A DNA stretch of 64,000 bases, from NCBI GenBank assembly GCA_947495165.1, contig CANLXM010000003.1, positions 468,041 to 532,040 on the forward strand, given 5' to 3'. Made by a program: the position numbers and the translations under genes. The stretch is from an uncultured Cellulomonadaceae bacterium (GTDB taxonomy: Bacteria > Actinomycetota > Actinomycetes > Actinomycetales > Cellulomonadaceae). The number at the start of each line of letters is the position of its first letter. Positions within the stretch are counted from its first letter, which is position 1. The notes beneath the pieces are model-generated. The model searched no databases. It was not told the DNA's origin and worked only from the letters and a program-made list of their open reading frames with translations. Of the stretch, positions 9,625 to 18,402 are shown piece by piece.

Positions 9625-10851
9625 ATGGCGGCACCTCGTACCTACGAGTACTCGCTGCGGGACCCCAAGGGCAAGATGATCAAGGGCCGCATCGAGGCGG
9701 TCAACGAGGCCGCCGTCGCGACCCGGCTGCGCAGCATGGGTGTTGCTCCGCTCGGCATCCGCGAGGTCAGCAACTCCGGGCTGCAGCGCGAGATCTCGAT
9801 CCCTGGGTTCGGTACCAAGATCGGGATGAAGGACCTTGCGATCATGGCGCGCCAGCTCGCGACCATGATCCTGGCTGGCCTCAGCCTGCTGCGGGCGCTG
9901 ACGATCCTTTCCGAGCAGACCGAGAACAAGGAGCTGCAGAAGGTCTTGGGGACCGTCCGGGCCGACGTCGAGACCGGCTCGTCCCTGTCGGACTCGCTCG
10001 CGCGCCACCCGCAGACGTTCCCGCCGCTCATGCTCAACATGATCCGGGCGGGCGAGGTCGGCGGCTTCCTCGACCAGACGCTCGTGTCCGTCGCCGAGAA
10101 CTTCGAGAACGAGGTCAAGCTCCGGGCGAAGATCAAGTCGGCAATGACTTACCCGGTGGTCGTGCTGATCATCGCCGTGCTCGCCGTCGTCGGCATGCTG
10201 CTGTTCATCGTGCCGGTGTTCGAGGACATGTTCACGAACCTCGGCGGTGAGCTTCCGGCGCCGACCAAGGTGCTGGTCGCGCTCTCGGCGTTCCTCAAGT
10301 GGGCGATCGTCCCGTTGGTGATCGCGGGCATCGGCTTCAGCGTGTGGTGGAACAAGCACAAGAACGACCAGGCGGTGCGCGACAAGGTCGACCCCTTCAA
10401 GCTCAAGGTCCCCGTGTTCGGACCGCTCTTCACCAAGGTCGCGGTGGCCCGTTTCACGCGGAACTTCGGGACGATGCTCAAGGCAGGCGTGCCCATCCTC
10501 CAGGCGCTGTCGATCGTCGGCGAGACCAGCGGCAACGTGGTGATCGCCCGCGCGCTCAAGGACGTGCAGCAGTCCGTGCGCAACGGCCGCTCGCTCACCG
10601 AGCCGCTGACCGAGCACACCGTGTTCCCGCCGATGGTCGTGCAGATGATGGCGGTCGGCGAGGACACCGGTGCGCTCGACGAGATGCTGACTCGAGTCGC
10701 CGAGTTCTACGACCAGGAGGTCGAGGCCACCACGGAGCAGCTCACGTCGATCATCGAACCGATCATGATCGGGGTGCTCGGCATCATCGTCGGAGGCATG
10801 ATCGTCGCCCTGTACATGCCGATCTTCTCGATCTTCGAGCTCGTCGGATAA
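9625..10851 (+). CDS. pilC: type IV pilus platform protein PilC (GspF family)
   Basis: 408 aa with two GspF repeats and 3 TM segments. Motifs LATMILAGLSLLRAL and FGTMLKAGVPILQAL. Confidence 0.93.
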   Translation: MAAPRTYEYSLRDPKGKMIKGRIEAVNEAAVATRLRSMGVAPLGIREVSNSGLQREISIPGFGTKIGMKDLAIMARQLATMILAGLSLLRALTILSEQTENKELQKVLGTVRADVETGSSLSDSLARHPQTFPPLMLNMIRAGEVGGFLDQTLVSVAENFENEVKLRAKIKSAMTYPVVVLIIAVLAVVGMLLFIVPVFEDMFTNLGGELPAPTKVLVALSAFLKWAIVPLVIAGIGFSVWWNKHKNDQAVRDKVDPFKLKVPVFGPLFTKVAVARFTRNFGTMLKAGVPILQALSIVGETSGNVVIARALKDVQQSVRNGRSLTEPLTEHTVFPPMVVQMMAVGEDTGALDEMLTRVAEFYDQEVEATTEQLTSIIEPIMIGVLGIIVGGMIVALYMPIFSIFELVG

Positions 10852-11004
10852 CGCCTTTCGGGCGATAACGCCTGCGGCGCAAAACAACTTGTACAGAAGG
10901 CTCAAGTGGCTGGTCAGGCGGGCCGATGTGCAGGTAGCAGGCGCCAGGGAGACCCGGCTCCAGCACCTCAACAGTTCACTCTGAGACAGAAACGGGGACA
11001 GCAC

Positions 11005-11427
11005 ATGCTGACTCGCATCAACCGCAAGGCGCAGGAGAAGGACTCGGGCTTCACGCTCATCGAGCTCCTCGTCGTCATCATCATCATCGGCATCCTCTCC
11101 GCGATCGCGATCCCGCTGTTCCTGAACCAGCAGAAGAAGGCCCAGGACTCCGCTGCCAAGGCCGACGTCGCGGTCATCGGCAAGGAGATCGCGACCTACT
11201 GGGTCGACGGCACCACCGACCCCACGGTCGAGCAGAAGCCTGACGGCTACTACGTGGCTGGCACGAAGATCGGCAACGCCTCGGCCAACGTGACGCTGAC
11301 CACGCCGAAGACACTGTCGAAGACCGCCTGGTGTGTCGCGGTGACCAACGCGGAAGGCGACAAGTCCAAGACTCCTGGCTTCAGCTACTCCGCCGCTGAG
11401 GGCCTGCAGAACAAGGCTTGCCCCTGA
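11005..11427 (+). CDS. pilA: major type IV pilin (prepilin, class III signal peptide)
   Basis: Leader MLTRINRKAQEKDSG followed by FTLIELLVVIIIIGILSAIAIPLF (Gly-1, Phe+1, Glu+5). Two C-terminal Cys residues (WCVAV .. KACP) for a D-region disulfide. The ORF-track extension to 10906 is unlikely. Confidence 0.93.
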   Translation: MLTRINRKAQEKDSGFTLIELLVVIIIIGILSAIAIPLFLNQQKKAQDSAAKADVAVIGKEIATYWVDGTTDPTVEQKPDGYYVAGTKIGNASANVTLTTPKTLSKTAWCVAVTNAEGDKSKTPGFSYSAAEGLQNKACP

Positions 11428-11439
11428 TCGATGCTTGAT

Positions 11440-11498
11440 GTCGCCGGATTCTGTCCGGCGACTGTGTAGGGCGAAGGGCTCATCCGCCCTTCGCCCTA
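11440..11498 (+). terminator. two tandem perfect hairpins directly after pilA
   Basis: gtcgccgga/tccggcgac (9-bp stem, 11440-11462) and tagggcgaagggc/gcccttcgcccta (13-bp stem, 11467-11498). Confidence 0.6.
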
Positions 11499-11541
11499 CG
11501 CGCGTCCTCCGTCCCTCGCACCGTCCCGGGAGCTCCCAGAC

Positions 11542-13131
11542 ATGAGACCGCCGCACCGCGCGCACGAGGTCCGCGACCGAGGCCTCGGCCTCGTCGAGGT
11601 CGTCGTCGCCGTGATCCTCCTCGGCATCCTGAGCACCGCGGTGCTGGCGATCGTCCTCCGGGCTCAGGAGCAGACGGTCAACAACCGCTCCCGCGTCGCC
11701 GCGTCGAACCTCGCTGCGCGCGAGCTGGACCTGGTGCGCGAGCAGTTCGCGGCATCGAAGAACGGACCCCTCGACCTCGCGGCGGAGGGTGTCGTGGTCA
11801 ACCCGCACTCGTTCGGGCCGCCCGGGTCCGCGCTCGAGGTCGACGGCATGGTTTACACGGTCCGTCGGTCAGCAGCGTGGAACATCACGGGTGTCGGTTC
11901 GTCGGCATGCGAGGGCGGTTCGATCGTCGAGCAGCCCACGCTCGGCGTCCGCGTCGAGGTGACCTGGCCGGACATGGGCCAGACCAAGCCCGTATCCACC
12001 AGCGCCCAGCTCGCGCCACCGAAGGGCACCGGTGTCTCAGGAGAGACGGCTTTCGTCGCCGTGAAGGTCACTGATGCGCGGGGTGAGCCCAACCCGGGCA
12101 GACGCGTCATCGTGAGCGCGAGTGGTGGCGGGGAGACGCGTGCGAACGTGACGGACGAGGCAGGTTGCGCGGTCCTCGAGGTCCACCCCGCTGCGTCCGG
12201 GACGGACTACACGGCTCAGGTCTCAGACGCTGGCCATGTGGATCTCGCCGGCGATCCTGCGCCGTCCCGCCAGGTGGGACGGATGGAGAAGGGGACACTG
12301 AACTCGGCCATCGACTTCGCCTACGACCGCGCTGCGACGCTGGAGGTCCAGCTGACCGGACCCGGGGTCCGAGACTCGGATCTCACCGGGTCGCAGATCA
12401 CGCTAAGCAAGGGCGGCGCCTATGCCGGCGCGTCGCCGCTCACCACCCACTACGCCACCGGGCGACGCACCACCGTCGCGGGACTGTGGCCGGGGGACTA
12501 TGCTGCCTTCTTCGGGACGGACGTCCCCGCAGCGCTCGAGTACACGAGCCTGCCACCGGGCGGTTCCGTCCGTGTGAACGTCGCGATCACCATGGCTGAG
12601 TTCCGGGTTCAGGGCGTCCCAGACGGAGGGGACGTGATCGCGGTCCCCGGAGCAGCGACATCGTGCGGCGACCCGAACGGACGTAAGGTCGACGCCTCCG
12701 CCGGTCGACTCATGGCGGGCACATGGTCGTTGCTTGCCGAGACTGAGGCGTATGGCTGCGTCAGCGGGCCGGCCAGTCTCTCGCTCGCGCCCGGCCCCAA
12801 CGAGGACGTTGTGTGGGCTGAGAGCAGGCTCAGGGTCACGAACGTGCCCGAGGGCTACGGGAGCACCGTGTGGGCTGTCCCGGTGGACGCGGCCACGCAG
12901 GCCTGCCGTGCGCCCTCAGGTAAGTACTCGGCTATCGAGCTCGGTTCGCCCCCCGGTGCGATCGGAGCGCTGCCGGCCGGAGACTGGTACGTCTTCGCCA
13001 CGGACGCCAGCATCGACTCCGTCGACGGGGGAGATCGGTGCGCCAGTGCAGGCCTCGTGAACGTCGCCTACGGCGGCGAGACGACGTTCTCCTGGCCAGC
13101 AGGCACGCCGGGCCGGGACGGTCACTCGTGA
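11542..13131 (+). CDS. large minor-pilin-like protein (529 aa) with a prepilin-type N-terminus
   Basis: N-terminus ..RDRG followed by LGLVEVVVAVILLGILSTAVLAIVL (Gly-1, Glu+5). An internal segment (AVKVTDARGEPNPGRRVIV..NVTDEAGCAVLEV..GTDYTAQVSDAGH) looks like a CarboxypepD_reg/Ig-like beta-sandwich. Confidence 0.8.
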   Translation: MRPPHRAHEVRDRGLGLVEVVVAVILLGILSTAVLAIVLRAQEQTVNNRSRVAASNLAARELDLVREQFAASKNGPLDLAAEGVVVNPHSFGPPGSALEVDGMVYTVRRSAAWNITGVGSSACEGGSIVEQPTLGVRVEVTWPDMGQTKPVSTSAQLAPPKGTGVSGETAFVAVKVTDARGEPNPGRRVIVSASGGGETRANVTDEAGCAVLEVHPAASGTDYTAQVSDAGHVDLAGDPAPSRQVGRMEKGTLNSAIDFAYDRAATLEVQLTGPGVRDSDLTGSQITLSKGGAYAGASPLTTHYATGRRTTVAGLWPGDYAAFFGTDVPAALEYTSLPPGGSVRVNVAITMAEFRVQGVPDGGDVIAVPGAATSCGDPNGRKVDASAGRLMAGTWSLLAETEAYGCVSGPASLSLAPGPNEDVVWAESRLRVTNVPEGYGSTVWAVPVDAATQACRAPSGKYSAIELGSPPGAIGALPAGDWYVFATDASIDSVDGGDRCASAGLVNVAYGGETTFSWPAGTPGRDGHS

Positions 13132-13859
13132 ACAGGCTGAGGCGCAAGGACTCAGGCCTCACGTTGGTCGAGCTCATGGTCTCGACCATGATCACGGCCC
13201 TCATCGCGATCCTCACCACCACGCTGGTGATCGGTGTGCAGCGGACCAACCAGGAGAACGTCTCTCGGCAGGACCAGATCGATGCAGCGCGCGTCTCGGT
13301 CGAGGCTATGTCTCGCACCCTGCGCGCCGCCGTGAAGCCATCGCAGGTGGTGATCGGCACGTGCGCCGGCGGGTGTCCGGACATCGAGGCGTTCCAGCAG
13401 GGCGGGGCATTCCGGGTGCAGTTCTATGCCAACGTGGACAACTCGAAGGGCACTGTCGGCCCGCGCCGTGTGACCTATGAGGTCCCGGCCACGGGCGCGG
13501 ATGCGGGAAAGCTGATCGAGACGATCCAGGTGCCGAACAACGCACGGCCCGCGGACGGCGTCTACCAGTACTGCACGCCCGGCAGCTCCGGATGTGCCGC
13601 GCGGATCGAACGACGTCCGCTCGCCTCGGCAGTCGTCGCCTCCGGGCCAGCCATGCTTCGGTACTTTGATGCTGCAGGGCACGAGATGGTGCCGCCCGCC
13701 GGCGGCACGCTCACGTCGGCGCAGTTGCAGGACGTGCTCTCCGTCGAGGTCCGCGTGACGGTGCAGACCACGACCGGCGGTGCGCGCCCCAAGCCGACCA
13801 CGTACATCCAGCGGGTGATGATGCCCAACGCCCAAGCGATCATCAAGGGAGATAGCTGA
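13128..13859 (+). CDS. minor pilin (PilW/PilV-like, 243 aa) with a prepilin-type N-terminus
   Basis: GTG at 13128 in a GTGA overlap with the upstream gene. VNRLRRKDSG followed by LTLVELMVSTMITALIAIL (Gly-1, Glu+5). The ORF-track start at 13038 lies inside the previous gene. Confidence 0.8.
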   Translation: MNRLRRKDSGLTLVELMVSTMITALIAILTTTLVIGVQRTNQENVSRQDQIDAARVSVEAMSRTLRAAVKPSQVVIGTCAGGCPDIEAFQQGGAFRVQFYANVDNSKGTVGPRRVTYEVPATGADAGKLIETIQVPNNARPADGVYQYCTPGSSGCAARIERRPLASAVVASGPAMLRYFDAAGHEMVPPAGGTLTSAQLQDVLSVEVRVTVQTTTGGARPKPTTYIQRVMMPNAQAIIKGDS

Positions 13860-15736
13860 TGCGCCGGTTGTTCGGTCCTGGCAAGGACCGGGGAATGTCG
13901 ATGGTCATGGTCGTCGGCTCGATGCTGACCCTCATGGTCCTTGTTCTCGGCTCCCTCGCATACACGATGCAGAGCGAGAAGTTCGCTCGGTACGACCAGG
14001 ACTACAGTGCTGCGATGGCAGCAGCGCAGTCGGGCGTCGAGGACTACCTCGCCCGTCTGAACCGCGACGACCAGTACCACTCCAAGATCGACTGCTTGAA
14101 CCCCGCCCTCCAAGGCAGCACCTCGATCAGCAACACCTGCGGTTGGACGGCGACCACGGCCGCCGGCTGGAGTCCGGTGACCCCGGGGCAGTCGGTCGTC
14201 TCGACCCCGGCTTTCCACTATCGTGTGGACGCCACCAAGGTGAACACCGAGGGCTCCGTCACGCTCGTCGTGACGGGCCGGTCCCGTGACGTGTATCGAA
14301 CCATCGAAGCCGTGGTGGGCAAGGGTGGCTCGACCGACTACGTGTACTACACGGACTTCGAGTCTGCTGATCCGGCGAACCGAATCTCCTATCCGAATCC
14401 GGACAAGGTCAAGATCGAGTGCGGCCGCAACGGGTCGAAGAGCGCCACGTACTTCTGGAAGACGCCGGCGCGGTCGGGCTGTTCTGAGATTACCTTCATC
14501 TCCTCGGACACGCTGGACGGACGGACCTTCACGAATGACGCATTCCAGAGCCGTGACGCCACGTTCGAACAGGGCATCGAGTCCGCGAACCCGGGCTGCC
14601 AGACGGTGACCGCCAACACTAGGACGTGGAACAACTGCCTGCGTAGTGGTAGCACGGCACATTTTGGTGACCAGCCCAAGTACGCGCAACCGCTGTACCT
14701 CGAGGACAGCTCGACGAAGTTCGCCACCCTGCCTGGCTGCCACTACTACGGCGCGACGCGGGTCATCTTCGACGGCAGCGGGTCGATGACAGTGTGGAGC
14801 CCCGACTCCGACTTCCCTGGTGCTGTGACCGCGGTGCCCGGGCCCGAGGGCACCCCGTCGTGCGGATCCGGTAGCGCGCTCGCAAGTCCGGGTGGCGCCA
14901 ACGTCCCAGTGCCGCACAACAGCGTGATCTACGTCGCGGGCGCACCCAACAGCGGTCCCGGCGCGCAGACGAGGAGGCAGCTGTACGCAGGCGAGATCGG
15001 TGGTCCGACCAATGAGAAGCTTCCCCTCGGTACCTACGGAGAGAACTCTCGGGAAGACGAGAGGAGTACCTCGACCTACGACCTCAACATGGCCGACCCG
15101 CTGCGATTCCGCGGCGAAGGCAATCTGTACGTCGAGGGCGTTCTCTCCGGCCGGGTGACCGTCGCAGCGGAGCAGTCAGTCATCGTCACGGGAGACGTGG
15201 TGCTCAAGGACGGTCTCAACGGAGGTGACATGCTCGGGCTTGTCGCAACCAACTCGGTCGAAGTCATGCACCCGCGGATGGTGACCGACACCTATGGGCG
15301 CTACTGCGCTGAAACGAACGACCGGGGTTGGTGCGTGCGAAACGCGACGGGATGGCACCCGGAGGACGAACGCGCCGCGCGCTCCGGCTACGCGGGCGAG
15401 AGCGTTCGGCCCAAGCGGATCGCGGACCCGTCGATCGGGCGGGCCGAGCCCAGCAAGGGCATCCAGATCGCGGGCTCGATCCAGACGCTGCAGCACAGCT
15501 TCTTCGTGCAGCAGTACAACCGCGGCGACAATCAGGGTCTGCTCCTGGTGCGTGGCTCCATAGCTCAGCGGTGGCGTGGCGCCGTCGGGCAGGGCAGCTC
15601 GGGCTACTCCAAGCAATACACGTACGACCAGCGGCTGCGATACTCCGCGCCGCCATACTTCCCGCACTGGGAGAACTCGGAGTGGTCGCTGCGCTACAGC
15701 GGCGAGGTCGCGACAACCTCCGAGGTCAAGGGCTGA
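13859..15736 (+). CDS. large PilX/GspK-like minor pilin (625 aa) lacking Glu+5
   Basis: MRRLFGPGKDRG followed by MSMVMVVGSMLTLMVLVLGSLAY. Position +5 is Met, not Glu. The following segment (YSAAMAAAQSGVEDYLARLN) resembles the PilX N-terminal domain. TGATG overlap with the upstream gene. Confidence 0.75.
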   Translation: MRRLFGPGKDRGMSMVMVVGSMLTLMVLVLGSLAYTMQSEKFARYDQDYSAAMAAAQSGVEDYLARLNRDDQYHSKIDCLNPALQGSTSISNTCGWTATTAAGWSPVTPGQSVVSTPAFHYRVDATKVNTEGSVTLVVTGRSRDVYRTIEAVVGKGGSTDYVYYTDFESADPANRISYPNPDKVKIECGRNGSKSATYFWKTPARSGCSEITFISSDTLDGRTFTNDAFQSRDATFEQGIESANPGCQTVTANTRTWNNCLRSGSTAHFGDQPKYAQPLYLEDSSTKFATLPGCHYYGATRVIFDGSGSMTVWSPDSDFPGAVTAVPGPEGTPSCGSGSALASPGGANVPVPHNSVIYVAGAPNSGPGAQTRRQLYAGEIGGPTNEKLPLGTYGENSREDERSTSTYDLNMADPLRFRGEGNLYVEGVLSGRVTVAAEQSVIVTGDVVLKDGLNGGDMLGLVATNSVEVMHPRMVTDTYGRYCAETNDRGWCVRNATGWHPEDERAARSGYAGESVRPKRIADPSIGRAEPSKGIQIAGSIQTLQHSFFVQQYNRGDNQGLLLVRGSIAQRWRGAVGQGSSGYSKQYTYDQRLRYSAPPYFPHWENSEWSLRYSGEVATTSEVKG

Positions 15737-16515
15737 TGGACTGGTTGGTCGCGTCTGGTGCCGGACTGCTCGGTCTTGTCGTCGGTTCTTTCCTCAACGT
15801 GGTCATCCACCGTGTTCCGCGGAACGAGTCGGTCGTGCACCCACCCAGCTCGTGCCCGCGGTGCGGATCCGGCATCCGTCCCTACGACAACGTTCCGGTG
15901 CTGTCCTGGCTGATCCTGCGGGGCCGGTGTCGTACGTGCAGCGAGCCGATCAGTCCGCGCTACCCGCTCGTGGAGGCGGGCACCGCGCTGGCGTTCGCGG
16001 GAACGGGAGCCTATGTCGGGCTGGACTGGGCATTGCCGGCGTACCTGTACGCCGTGGCGATCGGTATCACGCTCGCGCTGATCGATCTGGACGTGCACCG
16101 ACTGCCCGACGTGATCGTCCTTCCGTCCTATGGCGTCGTCACAGCGCTCCTCGTCGTCGCGTCCTGGGGCAACGGCGACTGGGGAGCCCTCGTTCGGGCA
16201 GGCCTCGGCTGCGCGATCCTGTTCGGCGCCTACTTCTTGATGATGCTGGTCTACCCCGCGGGTATGGGGCCCGGGGACGTCAAGCTCGCGGGCGTTCTTG
16301 GCCTGCTGCTCGGCTGGTGGGGGTGGGTCGCGCTCGCCGTGGGTGGGTTTGCGGCCTTCTTCCTCGGGGGCATCTTCGCCGTTGGACTGATGCTGGCGCG
16401 GCGGGCTGGGCGCAAGTCGGGGATCCCGTTCGGCCCCTGGATGATCCTGGGCGCTGTCGTGGGCATCGGTGCCGGCGAGCAGCTGGGGGGCTGGTACCTC
16501 GACTTGTTGACCTAG
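15736..16515 (+). CDS. pilD: prepilin peptidase / N-methyltransferase (A24 family)
   Basis: ATG at 15736 overlaps the previous stop. Cys pairs CPRC..CRTC, catalytic Asp motifs (LIDLDVHRLPD and GMGPGDVKLAG), polytopic membrane protein. The ORF-track extension to 15328 is out-of-gene. Confidence 0.93.
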   Translation: MDWLVASGAGLLGLVVGSFLNVVIHRVPRNESVVHPPSSCPRCGSGIRPYDNVPVLSWLILRGRCRTCSEPISPRYPLVEAGTALAFAGTGAYVGLDWALPAYLYAVAIGITLALIDLDVHRLPDVIVLPSYGVVTALLVVASWGNGDWGALVRAGLGCAILFGAYFLMMLVYPAGMGPGDVKLAGVLGLLLGWWGWVALAVGGFAAFFLGGIFAVGLMLARRAGRKSGIPFGPWMILGAVVGIGAGEQLGGWYLDLLT

Positions 16516-16591
16516 AAGGTTCAAGGTCCGGCGTTTGCCCGCCGATAAGACGCCAGGACCCGATTCCGGGTCGGTGAAGGAGAGGCCAGCG

Positions 16592-17659
16592 GTGGCGAAG
16601 TCGCGTGTGATCGGACTGGATATCGGCAGCACGCACGTGCGCGCCGTCGAGGTGGAGTTTGGGCCCAAGGGGCCCGCCGCCACGGCGATGCCCACGGTGG
16701 TGCGCTACGCGGAGGCCCCGCTCCCAGCGGGGGCGGTGCGTGACGGTGAGGTCGCCGAGCCGGCCGTCGTCTCGACGGCGATAGCATCGCTGTGGCGACA
16801 GGCGAAGTTCAGCACCAAGGAGGTGGTGATCGGCGTCGGGAACCAACGGGTCATGGTCCGGGACCTCGACCTCCCCGCGATGCCCCTTGGTCAGCTGCGC
16901 GCGTCACTGCCCTACCAGGTGCAGGACTTCCTGCCGATCGCGGTCGATGACGCCCACCTCGACTTCGTGCCGACGAGCACGTCGGTGGGCCAGCACGGCC
17001 CTGTCGTCGGCGGACTGCTGGTGGCAGCGACCAAGGACACGGTGCGCGCGAACGTCGAGGCGGTCCAGGCCGCTGGGCTCAAGCCTGTGATGGTCGACCT
17101 CACCGCACTGGCCCTCACCCGCGCGCTTGCGCGCGCCACGCTCGCTGAGCGCACCGTCGCGCTGGTCGACCTCGGCGCGCGGATCACGACCGTCGTCATC
17201 GTGGACCACGGCCGCCCGCGCTTCGTGCGCGTCCTGCCTACCGGTGGACAGGACATGACCGACGCGATCTCGAGCGCGATGGGCATCCCCGACGCCGAGG
17301 CCGAGGCGCTCAAGCACCAGGTCGGGATCGGTATCACCGTGCCTGACCAGTTCCAGCCCGCAGCGGACGCGATCGCCCAGGTGGGCCATGTGCTGGTCGA
17401 AGCGGTGCGCAACACGCTGTCCTACTTTGCGATGAACAGCCCCGGGGGAAGCCTCGACACGGTTCTGCTCAGCGGCCGGGGCGCGTTGCTCCCTGGCCTC
17501 GGTCAGTACATCGCCACTGCCGCACGCGTGGGCGTGACGCTCGCTGCCCCCCTGTCCACGATGAAGGTCGGACCGGAGATGCCGCAGGGCCCGCAGCTGG
17601 ACGCGCTCCAGCACGTACTCAGCGTCCCGCTCGGTCTCGCGTTTGGAGTTGTCGAATGA
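16592..17659 (+). CDS. pilM: type IV pilus assembly protein PilM (actin-like ATPase fold)
   Basis: GTG at 16592, 7 nt after GAAGGAGAGG. IGLDIGSTHVRAVEV phosphate-1 motif, a later VDLGARITTVVIV motif, and LLSGRGALLPGL. The TTG at 16535 is an alternative start. Confidence 0.88.
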   Translation: MAKSRVIGLDIGSTHVRAVEVEFGPKGPAATAMPTVVRYAEAPLPAGAVRDGEVAEPAVVSTAIASLWRQAKFSTKEVVIGVGNQRVMVRDLDLPAMPLGQLRASLPYQVQDFLPIAVDDAHLDFVPTSTSVGQHGPVVGGLLVAATKDTVRANVEAVQAAGLKPVMVDLTALALTRALARATLAERTVALVDLGARITTVVIVDHGRPRFVRVLPTGGQDMTDAISSAMGIPDAEAEALKHQVGIGITVPDQFQPAADAIAQVGHVLVEAVRNTLSYFAMNSPGGSLDTVLLSGRGALLPGLGQYIATAARVGVTLAAPLSTMKVGPEMPQGPQLDALQHVLSVPLGLAFGVVE

Positions 17660-18402
17660 GCGACAAGGCCCAGGAACAAGGTCTGAAGAAGAAGGTGAAG
17701 GCGCCACGATCAGGTGCTACGGGGACTTCTGGTCGCAACGGGGGCATCATCGACGGCGCGGCACTCCTGCCACAGGTCAACCTCCTGCCGGCTTCGGTCC
17801 GTGCGAAGCGCGCGCTCCAGCGCGTCAAGGTCTGGCTGGTGATCGGTCTGGGCGTGGTGCTGCTGGTCGCACTCCTGGCCTATGTATTCGCGATGACGAG
17901 CGCGTCGTCCGCTGAAGAAGAGCTTGATGATGTGCGCGCGGACACGCAACGACTCCTCAATGAACAGGCCAAGTACGCGGAGGTCCCGATCGTGCTCGGC
18001 CAGATCGAGGCCGCCAAGACGGCAGAGATGATCGGTATGGGCTACGAGGTCCTGTGGGCAGAGCACTTCATCGCTGCGATCGCGGCCCTGCCCGAGGACG
18101 CACAGCTCGGCGCGATGTCGACGGCGTCGATCACGCCGCTGCTCGCGGCGCCACTGCCCGCTGACCCGATGGTGACCCCAGGACTTGGCACAGTCTCGTT
18201 CACGCACCGGTCGCCCTCGGTCGGCGACCTCTCGGCCTGGACCAAGGCGCTCGAGGAGGTTCCGGGCTTCGCCGACGTGCAGTACACGACTGCGGCGATC
18301 ACTGATGATGACGGTGACGTCTTCTACGAGGTCGTGACAACCGCACAGGTCACGCAGGAGGCGCTGTCGGGCCGGTTCGGAGCGGAGGAGGAGGAGCTGT
18401 GA
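17656..18402 (+). CDS. pilN: PilN-like pilus alignment protein
   Basis: ATGA overlap with pilM. Conserved PilM-binding N-terminal motif VNLLP, a single TM helix (VWLVIGLGVVLLVALLAYVF), then a coiled-coil. Confidence 0.8.
   Translation: MSDKAQEQGLKKKVKAPRSGATGTSGRNGGIIDGAALLPQVNLLPASVRAKRALQRVKVWLVIGLGVVLLVALLAYVFAMTSASSAEEELDDVRADTQRLLNEQAKYAEVPIVLGQIEAAKTAEMIGMGYEVLWAEHFIAAIAALPEDAQLGAMSTASITPLLAAPLPADPMVTPGLGTVSFTHRSPSVGDLSAWTKALEEVPGFADVQYTTAAITDDDGDVFYEVVTTAQVTQEALSGRFGAEEEEL

Noticed and set aside
10852-11004. Sigma-54-type (GG-n10-GC) promoter for pilA, as in proteobacteria, and a 10-nt direct repeat GATAACGCCT at 10847 and 10864
   Set aside because: There is no convincing TGGCAC-n5-TTGCA match, and actinobacteria generally lack RpoN. 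The direct repeat overlaps the pilC stop codon and is short, so it may be chance. I did not call it as a feature.
9547-11808. 753-aa ORF antisense to pilC and pilA
   Set aside because: Same GC artefact. It spans an intergenic region and two well-supported + strand genes, and its composition is dominated by R/D/H/G/E runs.
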